The notes: generated by a model not told the origin, from the sequence alone. A stretch of DNA of 64,000 nucleotides from Lentisphaeria bacterium (GCA_041690595.1 JAWLHB010000038.1:1-64000), one strand, 5' to 3'. Positions 1 through 11,300 are shown, counted from the stretch's first letter. Numbers and translations are program-made.

Positions 1-305
1 TCGGCGGCGATGGGCGAGTCGGCGGTGATGGGGTGCCTGTCCTTGTAGAATTTGTTGTAGCGGCGGGCGGCTTCTTTCCGGCTCGGAGGTTCGCCTGGAG
101 CAAAAAGTGTGAGGTGAAAATGATTGCACATGACGCAAAGACTTACGAGCTGCAGTGAATACAGCTTGCTCAAGGAATGCACCTGACTCTCGAACTTCCG
201 TTTCTCAACATCGCCAAAGGGCCGGTCCTTATCGCTACCTGCCGTTCGGTTTGTCAGATGATAGTAGCAACCACCGCCCCGATGCTTCGTCCGCGCCATT
301 CGCAT
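1..305 (-). mobile_element. Y1 (IS200/RAYT-like) HUH tyrosine transposase, 5' part; runs off the window start
   Basis: Manual translation from ATG at 305: MRMARTKHRGGGCYYHLTNRTAG...FGDVEKRKF...LVSLCVMCNHFHLTL, open to the window edge. YHxxxR and CVMxNHFHL (HUH) are Y1 transposase motifs. AGGGGG SD-like sequence upstream. Confidence 0.8.
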
Positions 306-475
306 GGTCGACCCCCTTTTGTTGTAGGATGGCCGTAATCTTGCCGCCGAAGTCACAGTTGTCAAGATCAAACAGGAGAAAGCTGTCAATTAGTATATCA
401 AGCATGTTGAAATTGGTTAAGGAGGTAGCGCAAGCCGCATCTGTAGCCACCGAGAGAGCTACCCCGCAAGAGAAC

Positions 476-574
476 GCACCTGTCCCCGGGCTGAGGGAAT
501 GTACCTGTCCCCGGGCAGAGGGAATGTACCTGTCCCCGGGCAGAGGGAATGTACCTGTCCCCGGGCTGAGGGAA
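476..574. repeat. Tandem array of 4 x 25 bp (GTACCTGTCCCCGGGCWGAGGGAAT), REP-like
   Basis: Units start at 476, 501, 526 and 551 and are near-identical with no spacers; the array lies upstream of the Y1 transposase. Confidence 0.95.
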
Positions 575-721
575 GTTGGCGCGGGATCTGGCGGTGACGC
601 CACTGGAGGAGGCGAGCTGGTTGACGAGGGTGTGATCTGGTTTTTTTGACGTAGAGGCGGGTGGGGCATTGTTTGTATGGGGGGATGCGTCATGTTAGTG
701 GGAATAAGGAGGAGGCCTGCC

Positions 722-2671
722 ATGATTATCCGACATTTCATTGGATCGCTGGTGGCGCTGTTGGCACTTCTGGCGAAAGGAGCTGAACCGGTGACGATTT
801 CTCCTGCGCACGATGGTTTCTCGATCGAGAGCAGCAGCTATACGGCGAGCGTGGATGGCAGGGGCTCACTGTCCAGCCTTGTGGTGAGTGGCAACGAGTT
901 CATTCAGGAGCGGGTGGTTTTCAAGGTTGGTGATGAGGAGCGTGAGGCTGGGGGGCTGTTTGTGTGTCCTTTCAACCAGTGGTACGCGCCCTTTGCGATG
1001 GCTGGCACTCCGGTGGTGGAGGGGAATACGATCACGGTGGCAAACGCGGAGTGGCGCCTGGTCTACCGCTTTCTGGATGAGGTGATCGAGTTCGAGTTCT
1101 CGGGCAGCCCTGGCGGCGATCGTTCGTTCACCGGTGGGTATCCACCTGCCGAGCCGGTCATTTCGCTTCGGGGCGATCTGGCGCGCGCGTGCAACCCTGC
1201 CGAAGAAGGAGATATCGGGTGGCCGGTGACGCGAAGCCATGAACCGGGCGATTATGCGATCCTGGCCGCGGACGGAGCGAGTGTTGTTTTCGATGAGGCC
1301 TTTCGTGTCACCTCGGTGGTGAATCATGGATACCTGAAAGAGCCACGCAGCCTGCATATCGTGTCGTTGTGCACCTATGAGGTGAAGGAGAGCGCGAATG
1401 TTCGTCGGCTGCTGATTCGTCCGACGCCGCGGTTGGAGCATTCGCTGCTCATGGAGATCGAATCTCCGGTTGCGGGTCATCTGATCTCGGGTGTCGAGGA
1501 GATGGATTTTCCGGTGACGGTGACGGCATTGTACGGTCAGGAGTTGCAGGGGGAGGTGCGCTTCGACGGCGAGGGCTATGTGTTCAAGGAGAACACGATC
1601 TCCGTCTCCGTGCCGTTGCGGCTGTCGGCCGCGGAGCCGCGGCAGCGTGTGGACGTGCGGATAGCGCCTCCGGTTCCTGGACATTATACGGGCCTCATGC
1701 AGATCGTGGTCGAGGGCACACCAATCTACTCGAAGCGAATGGGGCTGGTCTTTCAGCCGGAGCGGATCGCGACGCCGCCCGTGCCGGAGGATTTCGATGC
1801 GTTCTGGGAAGAGACGCTGGCAGAGCTGGAGAAGGTGCCGCTCGACTTGACGCTCGAGGAGCAGCCGGAGCACGAGACTGCCGCCGGCAAAGCGTATCTG
1901 GCGCGCTTTCGCGCGTGTGAAGGGCGTTGGGCCTATGCCTGGCTTTATGTGCCGAAGGCGGAAGGGAAGGTGGCCGGCCGCGTGCAGTGCCCGGCGGTCA
2001 GCAACTGGCAGCCGGGGCTTTGCCAGAAAGCTAACGGTGAACTCTGGATAGCCGCCGCGGTGCATGGGGGCGACATCCGCGAACGTCCCGCCAAGTCTGA
2101 TTTCGATTACATGAACACAGGCATCGAGTCGCGGGAGAGCTACATGCTGCGGTACAGCTACTCATGCCTGGTGCGCTGTTACGACATTCTGCGGTCGCGG
2201 CCGGAGTCGAACGGAGAGATCTCGGTGAACGGTGGCAGTCAGGGAGCAGGTCTGAGCCTGGTGCTGGCGGGGTTACGGCCGGAGATCCGCCAGGTGAAAG
2301 GGGTCGCGATAGCGCTATGTCGGATCGACTGGACGATATTGGGGCTGGCGCAGTGGGGGCCGAGATGCCCGCCGGGCGCGGATCCAGAGGAGATCGCGCA
2401 GATCGTGCGGTATTACGACCCCGCCTGTTTTGCGCATCGCATTCGGGCATCGGAGGTGGTTCTGGGAGTTGGTCTTTTCGATTTCTGCGCGCCGGCGGAA
2501 GGGATCTTTTCGGCGGTCAACGCGATACCGGCGGCGACAACGGTGCGGGTCTATACCGATCCCTATGGTGGTCATTTCACGTACGACCACAAGCTTCTGC
2601 AGGATGCGGCTCAGGGTGTCATTGTTCCCAAGTGGCAGGGTACCGCGGAAGAGAACAAGTTGAACGATTAG
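722..2671 (+). CDS. Secreted acetylxylan esterase (CE7-like) with N-terminal extra domains
   Basis: AGGAGGAGG SD before ATG 722; signal peptide; PEDFDAFWEETLAEL start of the AXE1 domain; GGSQG nucleophile elbow; candidate Asp (FDFC) and His (GGHF). Confidence 0.8.
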   Translation: MIIRHFIGSLVALLALLAKGAEPVTISPAHDGFSIESSSYTASVDGRGSLSSLVVSGNEFIQERVVFKVGDEEREAGGLFVCPFNQWYAPFAMAGTPVVEGNTITVANAEWRLVYRFLDEVIEFEFSGSPGGDRSFTGGYPPAEPVISLRGDLARACNPAEEGDIGWPVTRSHEPGDYAILAADGASVVFDEAFRVTSVVNHGYLKEPRSLHIVSLCTYEVKESANVRRLLIRPTPRLEHSLLMEIESPVAGHLISGVEEMDFPVTVTALYGQELQGEVRFDGEGYVFKENTISVSVPLRLSAAEPRQRVDVRIAPPVPGHYTGLMQIVVEGTPIYSKRMGLVFQPERIATPPVPEDFDAFWEETLAELEKVPLDLTLEEQPEHETAAGKAYLARFRACEGRWAYAWLYVPKAEGKVAGRVQCPAVSNWQPGLCQKANGELWIAAAVHGGDIRERPAKSDFDYMNTGIESRESYMLRYSYSCLVRCYDILRSRPESNGEISVNGGSQGAGLSLVLAGLRPEIRQVKGVAIALCRIDWTILGLAQWGPRCPPGADPEEIAQIVRYYDPACFAHRIRASEVVLGVGLFDFCAPAEGIFSAVNAIPAATTVRVYTDPYGGHFTYDHKLLQDAAQGVIVPKWQGTAEENKLND

Positions 2672-2689
2672 AAGGCGGAGAGGCAGAGT

Positions 2690-4744
2690 ATGGCGGATTC
2701 AGGCGGGTTGGCGCTCTTCCACGTTTCCACCGATGGCCGCGATGCATGGAGCGGCAGGCATGGGGAACCACTGGGCGATGGAACCGACGGACCTTTTGCC
2801 ACTGTCGAGCGGGCACGGGATGCGGTGCGTGGCTTGAAGGCCGCGGGGGAGTTGCCCTCGGGGGAGATTGTCGTGGAGATCCGGGGGGGCATCCATGCGC
2901 TGGCGGATACCCTTCATTTCGGGGCGGAGGATTCAGGGGCGGCGGAGGCGCCGATCACCTATCGCGCCAGGCATGGCGAGAGGGTGCGCCTGATGGGCGG
3001 GCGACGCCTGGATCCCGCGGCGTTCGAGCCGGTTACGGATCCGGGAGTGCGACTGCGGCTGTGCGAGAGCGCGCGGGAGTGCGTCGTGCAGATCGATCTG
3101 CGCAAACAAGGGATTGTGGACTTCGGCGACTTTGCGTCGCGAGGATTCGGGCGCAAGACGACGGCTGCCCACCTGGAGTTGTTTTTCAACGACGAGCCGC
3201 AGACGGTGGCGCGGTGGCCGAATACGGGAGAGTTCCTGACGATCAGGGGCTTCACCAAGCCGATGATCGACGAATGGGGGCGGGAGCAGGGGGAACTGAC
3301 GGGTGGTTTCCTGTACGATGGAGATCGTCCCCGCCAGTGGGCGCCAAGGGACGACATTCATGTGCATGGGTACTGGGCCTATGACTGGGCGGACTCGTAT
3401 GAGCGGGTCAATCACCTGGATGGCGAGCGGCGCGTGGTTGAAACGGCGGCGCCACACGGCAATTACTTCTTCGGGAAGGGGCAGCGTTTTTACTTCTTCA
3501 ATGTTCTTGAAGAGCTCGATGAGCCGGGCGAGTATTATGTGGATCGGTTGAGCGGCTTGCTTTATCTGTGGCCGCCGTCGGAGTTGGCGAGTGCGGAGGT
3601 GCTGGTGACGGCGGGCAGCGAGCCGCTGCTGGCGGTTGCCGATGCGCGGCACCTGCGTTTCGAGGGGCTGATCGTGGAAGGTAGCCGGGGCAACGGGGTC
3701 ACAATCACTGGTGGGGACGCGGTGTGGCTGACCGGCTGCACGATCCGCAATCACGGCAACTGGGCGGTGAGGATACGGGAGGGTATCAACCACAGGGTAG
3801 CCGGCTGCACCATCTACGGCACCGGCGACGGTGGAATCAGCGTGCAGGGCGGGGATCGGGCGACGCTAAGGTCATGCGGTAACGCCATCGTGGGGAATCA
3901 CATTCACCATTACTCGCGGTGGAGCCGCTGCTATTGCGCGGCGATCACTGCCCATGGGGTCGGGATGCATCTGGCGCACAACCTGATTCACGACGCGCCG
4001 CATAATGCCATCCTCTTCACGGGCAACGATTTGCTGATCGAGAAGAACGAGATCTACCGGGTGTGCATGGAAACAGGGGACGTGGGGGCGATCTACACGG
4101 GGCGGGACTATACCTTCCGCGGCAACGTGATCCGTCAGAATTTCATCCATCACCTGGGTGGAATGGGGATGGGAAGCATTGCCATTTATATGGATGATTG
4201 CGTGAGTGGGAGCCGGATCACGGAGAATGTCATGTGGAAATGCCAGTATGGCATCCTGCTGGGCGGAGGACGCGATTTCGAGGTGACGAACAACGTCTTC
4301 GTCGAGTGCAATCCGGCAATCTCGGCGGACGCCAGGGGGACGGATACGAGAGCGGTCTGGCGGAATATGGTGACAGTAACGATGAAGGAGAGGCTGGAGG
4401 CGATGGCTCCCCATGAACCACCGTACAGCGAACGCTACCCGGAGATTGCGGATGTGGTTCCTTATTTTGCCGGCGGCGAGGGCGTGCCGCCGGAGAACAA
4501 TCTGGTGGCGCGGAATATCTGTTGGCGCTGCCCGACCTGGATCCATGAACCCTGGCCCGCCGGAGCGGACAATGGAATCACCGAGCAGGACAATCTGGTC
4601 AATACTGACCCTGGTTTTGTCGATGAAGAGGGGGGTGATTTCAGGCTGATCGGGGATTCTCCTGCTTGGAAAGTGGGCTTTTTGCCGATACCTTTGAACG
4701 AAATCGGTCTGCGAGGTACCACGTTATCAGCGGGAGTTGAATGA
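2690..4744 (+). CDS. Right-handed parallel beta-helix repeat protein (putative glycan-active enzyme)
   Basis: DGPFATVERARDAVR, ARWPN, LEELDEPGEYY, DVGAIY and AIYMDD motifs; repeated Asn-rich coils. Confidence 0.85.
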   Translation: MADSGGLALFHVSTDGRDAWSGRHGEPLGDGTDGPFATVERARDAVRGLKAAGELPSGEIVVEIRGGIHALADTLHFGAEDSGAAEAPITYRARHGERVRLMGGRRLDPAAFEPVTDPGVRLRLCESARECVVQIDLRKQGIVDFGDFASRGFGRKTTAAHLELFFNDEPQTVARWPNTGEFLTIRGFTKPMIDEWGREQGELTGGFLYDGDRPRQWAPRDDIHVHGYWAYDWADSYERVNHLDGERRVVETAAPHGNYFFGKGQRFYFFNVLEELDEPGEYYVDRLSGLLYLWPPSELASAEVLVTAGSEPLLAVADARHLRFEGLIVEGSRGNGVTITGGDAVWLTGCTIRNHGNWAVRIREGINHRVAGCTIYGTGDGGISVQGGDRATLRSCGNAIVGNHIHHYSRWSRCYCAAITAHGVGMHLAHNLIHDAPHNAILFTGNDLLIEKNEIYRVCMETGDVGAIYTGRDYTFRGNVIRQNFIHHLGGMGMGSIAIYMDDCVSGSRITENVMWKCQYGILLGGGRDFEVTNNVFVECNPAISADARGTDTRAVWRNMVTVTMKERLEAMAPHEPPYSERYPEIADVVPYFAGGEGVPPENNLVARNICWRCPTWIHEPWPAGADNGITEQDNLVNTDPGFVDEEGGDFRLIGDSPAWKVGFLPIPLNEIGLRGTTLSAGVE

Positions 4745-6186
4745 TGGGAAGCGATTCTGTTCTGCATGTGGGTTGGTGCGAAAGGGAGATGACGCCGAAG
4801 GCGCCGGTGCTGATCAGCGGTCAGTTTCATCTACGGGTGTCGGAAGGTGTGAATGATCCAATCACCGCGACGGCGCTGGTGCTCGCGGACGAGGAGAGTT
4901 CGCTGGCGCTGGTCAGTTGCGACCTGGTGTGCATTTCGGACGATCTTCGGGAGAAGGTGCTGAGCCTCGTGCGCGAGGAGGTGCCGGAGCTTCAGGGGGT
5001 GGTGCTCAACGCGACGCACACCCACACCGCGCCGGAGACGCGCAATACGTTCGCTCCGGTTGTCCTGGCAGAACTCCCCTTTCCGCTGGGGACGATGGAT
5101 ATCGATACATGCGTCGAGAATATGGCTTGGGAGATCGCTTCGGCGATCCGTGGCGCCTGGGAGACGCGAGCGCCCGCATCCGTTGGTTACGGCTTGACGC
5201 ATGCGGTGATCGGGCACAATCGACGCTGGTGCCGTGAGGATGGCAGCAGCCAGATGTACGGCAATACGAATGATCCAGCCTTCAGCCACATCGAGGGTTA
5301 TGAGGATCATGCGGTGAATGTGCTGGCGAGCTGGGACGCGCAGGGGAAGGTGAGCGGCCTGATCGTCAATGTGGCCTGTCCGTCACAGGTGGACGAGAAT
5401 GATTTCAAGCTGAGCGCCGATTACTGGCACAATACTCGGGAGTATATCGCGGCCAAGCTGGGGCGCCGGGTGCCGATCCTTGCGCAGTGCAGCGCAGCGG
5501 GCGACCAATCGCCGCATCCTATCGTGCGCAAGGCAGCGGAAGAGCGCATGTGGCGGCTGCGCGGCATCAGTGAGCGAGAGGAGATTGCGCGGCGCCTTGG
5601 CGGAGCCGTGGTCGAGGTCCTTCCGTACCTGGAGGGGGCGCGGCAGGAGAGCCCGGTCTTCAGGTGGCGGCAAGAGCGCATCGGGCTGCCACGGCGGCTG
5701 CTGACGGCGGCGGAGGTTGATCAGTCGCTGGCGGAAGCTGACGAGTATCGCGGCCGCTTCGAGGAGATGGTGGCGAAGTTAAAGGCCGATCCGACTGCGG
5801 CGAAGCAGCCGCGCTGGTATGTGCAAGCATCGGCGGCGCGGCGGCGGGTGGGTTGGCTGGAGGCCGTCAAGGAGCGGTACGAGCGTCAACAGGTCGAGCC
5901 GGAGGTGCCTGTCGACGTGACCCTGGTGCGGATCGGAGATATGGCGATGGCAACCAATCCTTTCGAGTATTACCTCGACTTCGGGATGCACATCAAGGCG
6001 CGCAGTCCCGCCGTGCAGACCTTCCTGGTGCAGTTGGCCGGCGAAGGAACGTACCTGGCGCCGCGGCGGTCGCTGACGGGTGGAAGCTATGGCGCGGTCC
6101 CGGCCAGCACGGTCATCGGTCCCGAAGGTGGGCAACACCTTGCCAAGCGCACTGTCGAGCTGTTGCAGGAGTTGTGGGCGATCTGA
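4741..6186 (+). CDS. Neutral/alkaline ceramidase-like hydrolase
   Basis: DPITATALVL, ATHTHTAP, NRR, SADY and AAGDQSP motifs; ATGA overlap with the upstream gene. Confidence 0.7.
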   Translation: MMGSDSVLHVGWCEREMTPKAPVLISGQFHLRVSEGVNDPITATALVLADEESSLALVSCDLVCISDDLREKVLSLVREEVPELQGVVLNATHTHTAPETRNTFAPVVLAELPFPLGTMDIDTCVENMAWEIASAIRGAWETRAPASVGYGLTHAVIGHNRRWCREDGSSQMYGNTNDPAFSHIEGYEDHAVNVLASWDAQGKVSGLIVNVACPSQVDENDFKLSADYWHNTREYIAAKLGRRVPILAQCSAAGDQSPHPIVRKAAEERMWRLRGISEREEIARRLGGAVVEVLPYLEGARQESPVFRWRQERIGLPRRLLTAAEVDQSLAEADEYRGRFEEMVAKLKADPTAAKQPRWYVQASAARRRVGWLEAVKERYERQQVEPEVPVDVTLVRIGDMAMATNPFEYYLDFGMHIKARSPAVQTFLVQLAGEGTYLAPRRSLTGGSYGAVPASTVIGPEGGQHLAKRTVELLQELWAI

Positions 6187-6280
6187 CGATCGATAGCCGC
6201 AGCCTGAAACGTGAGAGGATGCTGGCCTGAGGCAGGGCACCGGCGCTGTCGGCTGGTGTAGGAAAAGTTTGTCGATCCGA

Positions 6281-6316
6281 TTGATTATAGTTTTGGCTGT
6301 TATATACTATAATCAA
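6281..6316 (+). promoter_or_regulatory. Sigma70-like promoter overlapped by an 11-bp inverted repeat (probable operator)
   Basis: TTGATTATAGT-N14-ACTATAATCAA is a perfect inverted repeat; TTGATT (6281) and TATACT (6303) are 16 bp apart in an AT-rich gap. Confidence 0.65.
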
Positions 6317-6351
6317 CATGTCGAACTTTATGTTTTAGGTCAGGTGACGAG

Positions 6352-7497
6352 ATGAAGCAGCACTACACCAGTGATCGGAGCGTGGCGCGCCACCAGGCGA
6401 TCAGCCGGGCGTTGCGTCAAGCGATTCATGCTGGCGACGTGTTGCCTGGGGATCAGTTGCCGGCGCGGCAGGAGTTGGAGAGCGAGTTCAACGTCACAAA
6501 CATGACGATCCAGCGGTCGATCGATCAGTTGAAGCAGGAAGGGGCGATCTACTCGCGTGGTCGGTGGGGCGTCTTTGTGGCGGATCATCCGCCCTGTCTG
6601 CACCGTTTTGCGCTGGTCTTCAATCGTAACGATCGGGTACAGGATCTGCCGTGGCCGCTCAATTACCAGGCGCTTCTCGATGCCGCGGCGATGCCGACTG
6701 GGTGGGGCAGCGATTCCTTTGACGTCTACCGCGATGTGGCGCCGCCGGCGGCAGGTGCTCCACCTTCCGACGATTATGTGCGGTTGCTGGAGGATATCGA
6801 GGAGATGCGGGTGGCGGGGGTGATCTATGCGAGCGACGTGGCCGATTATCTTCTGGATCCGATCGTGACGCTGGATGGACTGCCGCGGGTGGCGCTGTCC
6901 AGCGGTGTTCGCGGGAAGGTGAGCGCGGTGCGGACGGACCGGCTGAGGTTGCTGGAGCGCGCGGTCGATCATCTGGTGGCAGGTGGGTGCAAGCGGGTCG
7001 CGATACTGGTTTCCGCGCAGAGCAAGCTGGAGGACGTGACGCATTGCCGGGAGCTGTTGGCGAAGCGTGACCTGCTGCTGGACGACATGCTTGTGCAGGC
7101 CTCGCATCGCAGCCATCCGCAGTGGGCGCGGAACAGCCTGCTTCTGCTCATGGCGCTGCCCAGGGAGCTGCGGCCGGACGGCATCATTCTGACGGATGAC
7201 CATTTTGTATCGCAGGTGGCGAAAGGTCTGGTCGAATCGTCCATGCGGGTGCCGGAGGATGTGCAGGTGGTGGCGCATGCCAATTACCCGCTACGCGATG
7301 GCGGCGTCTTGCCGTTTCATCGCATCGGCTTCGATGCCGGCGAGATGCTGGCCACGTGCCTGGCCGCGCTACGTGCGCAGCGGGAAACCGGCCGTACGGA
7401 GATGTGGATGATACCGCCGCGGACGCCGGATGAGGTAGGCGCTCACGACGGGCAGGCGCCCTCACGAGTTGTTTCGAACCTGATGACTTCCGTTTAA
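6352..7497 (+). CDS. GntR-family transcriptional regulator with LacI-type sugar-binding C-terminal domain
   Basis: PGDQLPARQELESEFNVTNMTIQRSIDQLKQEGAIYSRGRWGVFV winged HTH; PDGIILTDD and RVPEDVQVV in the C-terminal domain. Confidence 0.9.
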   Translation: MKQHYTSDRSVARHQAISRALRQAIHAGDVLPGDQLPARQELESEFNVTNMTIQRSIDQLKQEGAIYSRGRWGVFVADHPPCLHRFALVFNRNDRVQDLPWPLNYQALLDAAAMPTGWGSDSFDVYRDVAPPAAGAPPSDDYVRLLEDIEEMRVAGVIYASDVADYLLDPIVTLDGLPRVALSSGVRGKVSAVRTDRLRLLERAVDHLVAGGCKRVAILVSAQSKLEDVTHCRELLAKRDLLLDDMLVQASHRSHPQWARNSLLLLMALPRELRPDGIILTDDHFVSQVAKGLVESSMRVPEDVQVVAHANYPLRDGGVLPFHRIGFDAGEMLATCLAALRAQRETGRTEMWMIPPRTPDEVGAHDGQAPSRVVSNLMTSV

Positions 7498-7524
7498 CCA
7501 ACCCCCATATGAGAGGATGCAGAG

Positions 7525-8367
7525 ATGAAGGAGCTGAACAGTCTACGACAATGGTTCACATTGATCGAGTTGTTGGTCGTGGTGGCGATAATCGCGGTAC
7601 TGGCTTCGATGCTGTTGCCGGCCCTGTCGTCTGCACGGGAGCGGGCGCGACGGGCCAGTTGCCTGGGGAATCTGAAGCAGATCGGCATGGCGACGCTGAT
7701 GTACATCGATGAGAATGACGGCGTCTTCATGCGTCAGCGGCATAACGGCGACTTCCAGCGCGGCGGCATCAGCCTGTACACAGATAGCATCCACGGGCGG
7801 GACATGCTCAACTGGTACAAGGATTTTCTCGGTGGCGATCTCGGCGTGGTCACGACGTCCAGTGCGGGCATGCGCTTCTCGCCCATGAAGACGGTGGTCT
7901 GCCCCTCCAACATCCGGCAGGGCAGTACGTGGGGCGGCTATGGTTTCTGGTCAGGCAGTACCAATGAGATACGGCTGACGACGGCCCATTTCGAGTTGCT
8001 GGCGAGCAATGCGACGGCGGCGGGTTACCTGCGCACCGACCAGATCACCATGTGGTCGGATTCGTGCTATCTGAATACCGGTACCTCGCCCGCGACCCGG
8101 GAGAGCAACCACATGGATCCGAGCGGCTTCTTTCCCGTGGGCGGCAATGTGGGGTTGAGCGATGGAGGCGCGGCGTGGTACTTGTGGTCGAACGCCCAGA
8201 CGAGCCGTCCGCCGCTCGAGACCTACTCCATGTGGGGCGGCACCAACAAGGTGACCCCGAACAATGCTGTTTCCCTGTCCGTGAGCAGCGGCAACGCGAC
8301 CACCAATCTCTTTATCGGCACACAGCGTTTCGATACCACGACCGCCACCTTCAAGCTGATGAAATAG
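7525..8367 (+). CDS. Prepilin-type N-terminal cleavage/methylation protein (DUF1559-like)
   Basis: [49 protein letters not shown]...GGNVGLSDG (H-Xn-DG-like) motif. Confidence 0.92.
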   Translation: MKELNSLRQWFTLIELLVVVAIIAVLASMLLPALSSARERARRASCLGNLKQIGMATLMYIDENDGVFMRQRHNGDFQRGGISLYTDSIHGRDMLNWYKDFLGGDLGVVTTSSAGMRFSPMKTVVCPSNIRQGSTWGGYGFWSGSTNEIRLTTAHFELLASNATAAGYLRTDQITMWSDSCYLNTGTSPATRESNHMDPSGFFPVGGNVGLSDGGAAWYLWSNAQTSRPPLETYSMWGGTNKVTPNNAVSLSVSSGNATTNLFIGTQRFDTTTATFKLMK

Positions 8368-8380
8368 GGAGTACCCCGCG

Positions 8381-11300
8381 ATGCGAAACGCACTCATGCG
8401 TCCACGTCTCCTGCTGGTCGTTCTGGCAGCACTTCTCGGCGGCGGCGTCTGGGGAGCTGAAGCCTTTCCGCGGTTGCCCGAAGAGCCGATTGGCGACAAC
8501 TGGTATCAGCCGCTGTCGGAGGGTCTGTCGCCGACCGTCGAGATGGCGGTTGGGCGCCGTCAGCAGAATCTGGTCGTGGTCTTGCGGGTGGCGGGGGGGG
8601 CGAATGAAGCGACGCTTGCCATTGGGGCGCGACGGTCACGGATTGTGTCGCCGGCGGAGCAGGAGGCGTGGCAGGATGGGGTGCTTCATCGCTTTGTCAT
8701 CCCCGCGGCTGACCTGGTGGACGAGGCGGGTGATTGGGAAGCTCTGCGGCTTGGCGCGCGGGTGGTCTGGGGCGGCGGCCCGCACGGGGTGCCGCGGCAG
8801 ATGGAACGCTTTCGCGTTCGCGATCAGCGTCCGCCGCATGCGCCACTGCCGGATGATCACGACCAGTGGGCCCCCTTTTCTCTGCGGCAGTACGTGGACA
8901 CAGCTTCCGGCATCGGCACGATCGCGCTCGCGGTCGAGCAGCCGATGGATGGAAAGCTGACGGTTGTCATCGAGGATGGAGAGGGGCGACGCATCCGCAA
9001 CCTGGTGGGCGGCATTCCGGCCGTGAAGGGTACTCAGCGGGTGACGTGGGACGGGCTTGACGACTTCGGTCGCATGGTGAGCCCGGGCGAGTACCGTTGG
9101 CGCAGCATCCATCATCCCGGCATAACCGCCGAGCATCTCTTCAACTTCGCGAACATGAACCGCGAGGAGATTCTGGCCTTCGGCACTAATCACGGGGTCT
9201 ACACGGCAGCGTGCGCGAACGAGGCGTACGTCTTCCTTGCGGCTTCGATCACGGAGGGTGGTTATGCGTTGATAGCGCTGGATGCGCAAGGGCGGTGGCA
9301 GAAGGGCTTCAATGAGGCTCATGGCGCGGGCTATCACGGTATCGCCATCGCCGCGGATGGAAACTATTTCTATGCGGCGCACGATGGGGTGAAGGTCAAT
9401 CGCGAGACCGACAAGAGCCGTCCAGACTGGGTGGTCGATGGGGCGGTGACGCTGACGCGGTATGAGATCGCTTCGACCCGCATCGTTCCGTACCAGCGCA
9501 ACGCGTTTGCGACGATCGAGAGCTATCGGCACGGCGCGGGGGCGGAGTCGGTAGCGACGCGTGACGCGGTGAGCCTGGCGGGCATGACGATGCTGGCTGG
9601 GCGGCTTTATGTGGCAAGCCGTCATGCGCAGGCGCTGCTGGTGGTCGATCCGGAAAGCGCGGCTATCGAAGGGCGACTGGCATTGCCGGAGCCTGGCGCC
9701 GTGGCTGTGGCCGGCGATCGCCTGGTGGCGGTCAGCTCGGGGGCGATCGTGTATGTGGATCCGCAGAGCGGAGAGCTGACGCCATTCGTGGCTGCCGGGG
9801 TGGTCGACGCGGCAGGTCTGGCGGTGAGTCGTACGGGAGAGCTTTTTGTGTCGGATCGGCAGAGCCACACGGTGCGGGTGTTCGGGGCCGGCGGCAAGGA
9901 GGGACCGGGCTACGGGCTTCCGGGGGGAGCGTATTCAGGGCCGTATGTGCCGGAGCGACTGGTGCGTCCGGTGGGGCTGGTGCCTTTCGGGAGCAAGCTG
10001 TGGGTGACGGAGGATCGCCGCAATCCGAAGCGGGTGCATGCCTGGGATCTGGAGAGGCGGGAGGTGGTGCACGAGCTTTTCGGCAATCCACCGTATGGAT
10101 CGCCTGCCGGTGGTTTCGATCCGGCCGACCCGACCCGCTGGCTGGCGCTTCGCTGCGGCTGGCGGCTCGATTTCGAGAATCGGACGGCGCGTATTGAGAG
10201 CGTGCTGCAGGAGAATGCCGGGCATCTGGGTGGTCGCGTTCCTTTCCCGAGCAACTACCGTCTCTTTCACCGCGATGGAAGACTGTTCGTACTGGGGCAG
10301 GGGAAGGCCAACTTTCTTTCTGAACTGATGGCTGATGGATCGTTGAGAGATCTTGCCATGATCTCCTATGCGCACGGGTTGCTCTACGACATGAAGTGGC
10401 AGCCCTCGCCCGGTTTCAAGGAGGCCTTTGAAGGCAAGTTTCCCAAGGCCAGCGTGGTGAAGAAGTATGCCGGTTCCAACGATTGGCGGAATGCGACGAT
10501 CTTCTGGGTGGATGCGAATGGTGACGGTGTGGACCAGGCGGGTGAGTACCAGATCGGGGAGGCGAAGGAACGCTTCGATGGCTCTGGCTGGGGGCTGGCG
10601 TTCCACGATTCGACTTTTCGCTTCATCGTCGAGGTGCCGGAGCGTGGGCTGGTGCTGGCGAGCCTGGAGCCGGAGGGATATCTGCCGAGCGGCGCGCCGA
10701 AGTACCCTCCGCTGCGGGGGGCAATCGAGGCGGCGGTGCCGCTGCGCGATCATCCCGCGGGCACTGTCATTGCCAGCCATCATTCGAGCTTGGTCGACAG
10801 TCGAGGCAACCTTGTTCGCAACAGCGAGCCGTACATGACGGCGTACAGCCCTGCCGGGGAGCTGCTCTGGCACTATCCGAACCGCTGGGTGAACGTGCAC
10901 GGGTCGCACAAGGCGCCGCTGCCCAGCGTCGGAGAAATGCAGGGCAACCTCTTCTTTCTCGGCGCCGGCCCGCTCGATGAGCAGAGCGACGTGACCATGC
11001 TGAACGGCAATCATGGCCGTTTCTTCGTGCTGACCACCGATGGATTCTACCTCGACGAGATCTTTCGCGATTGCCGGACCGGTGGCCCCAATGACGCGCA
11101 GTTCGTGGGAGGCGAGCCCTTCGGGGGCGTCTTTGGCCGCGCCGATGACGGGAGCTGGTACCTGCAGACCGGCAGTACGGGGTACCGCATCTACAAAGTG
11201 CATGGTCTCGACCGGATTGTGCGTGCTGAAGGACGACTGGAGATCACGCCGCGCCAGCTCGAGCTGGCCGCTGAACGGCGGATCCAGGCGCCCGATGCAC

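Noticed and set aside
476..574. CRISPR array
   Set aside because: The repeats are contiguous with no unique spacers, and no cas genes are present.
155..741. ORFs 155-649 (+) and 235-741 (-)
   Set aside because: They run through the repeat array and promoter region; the real gene here is the minus-strand transposase starting at 305.
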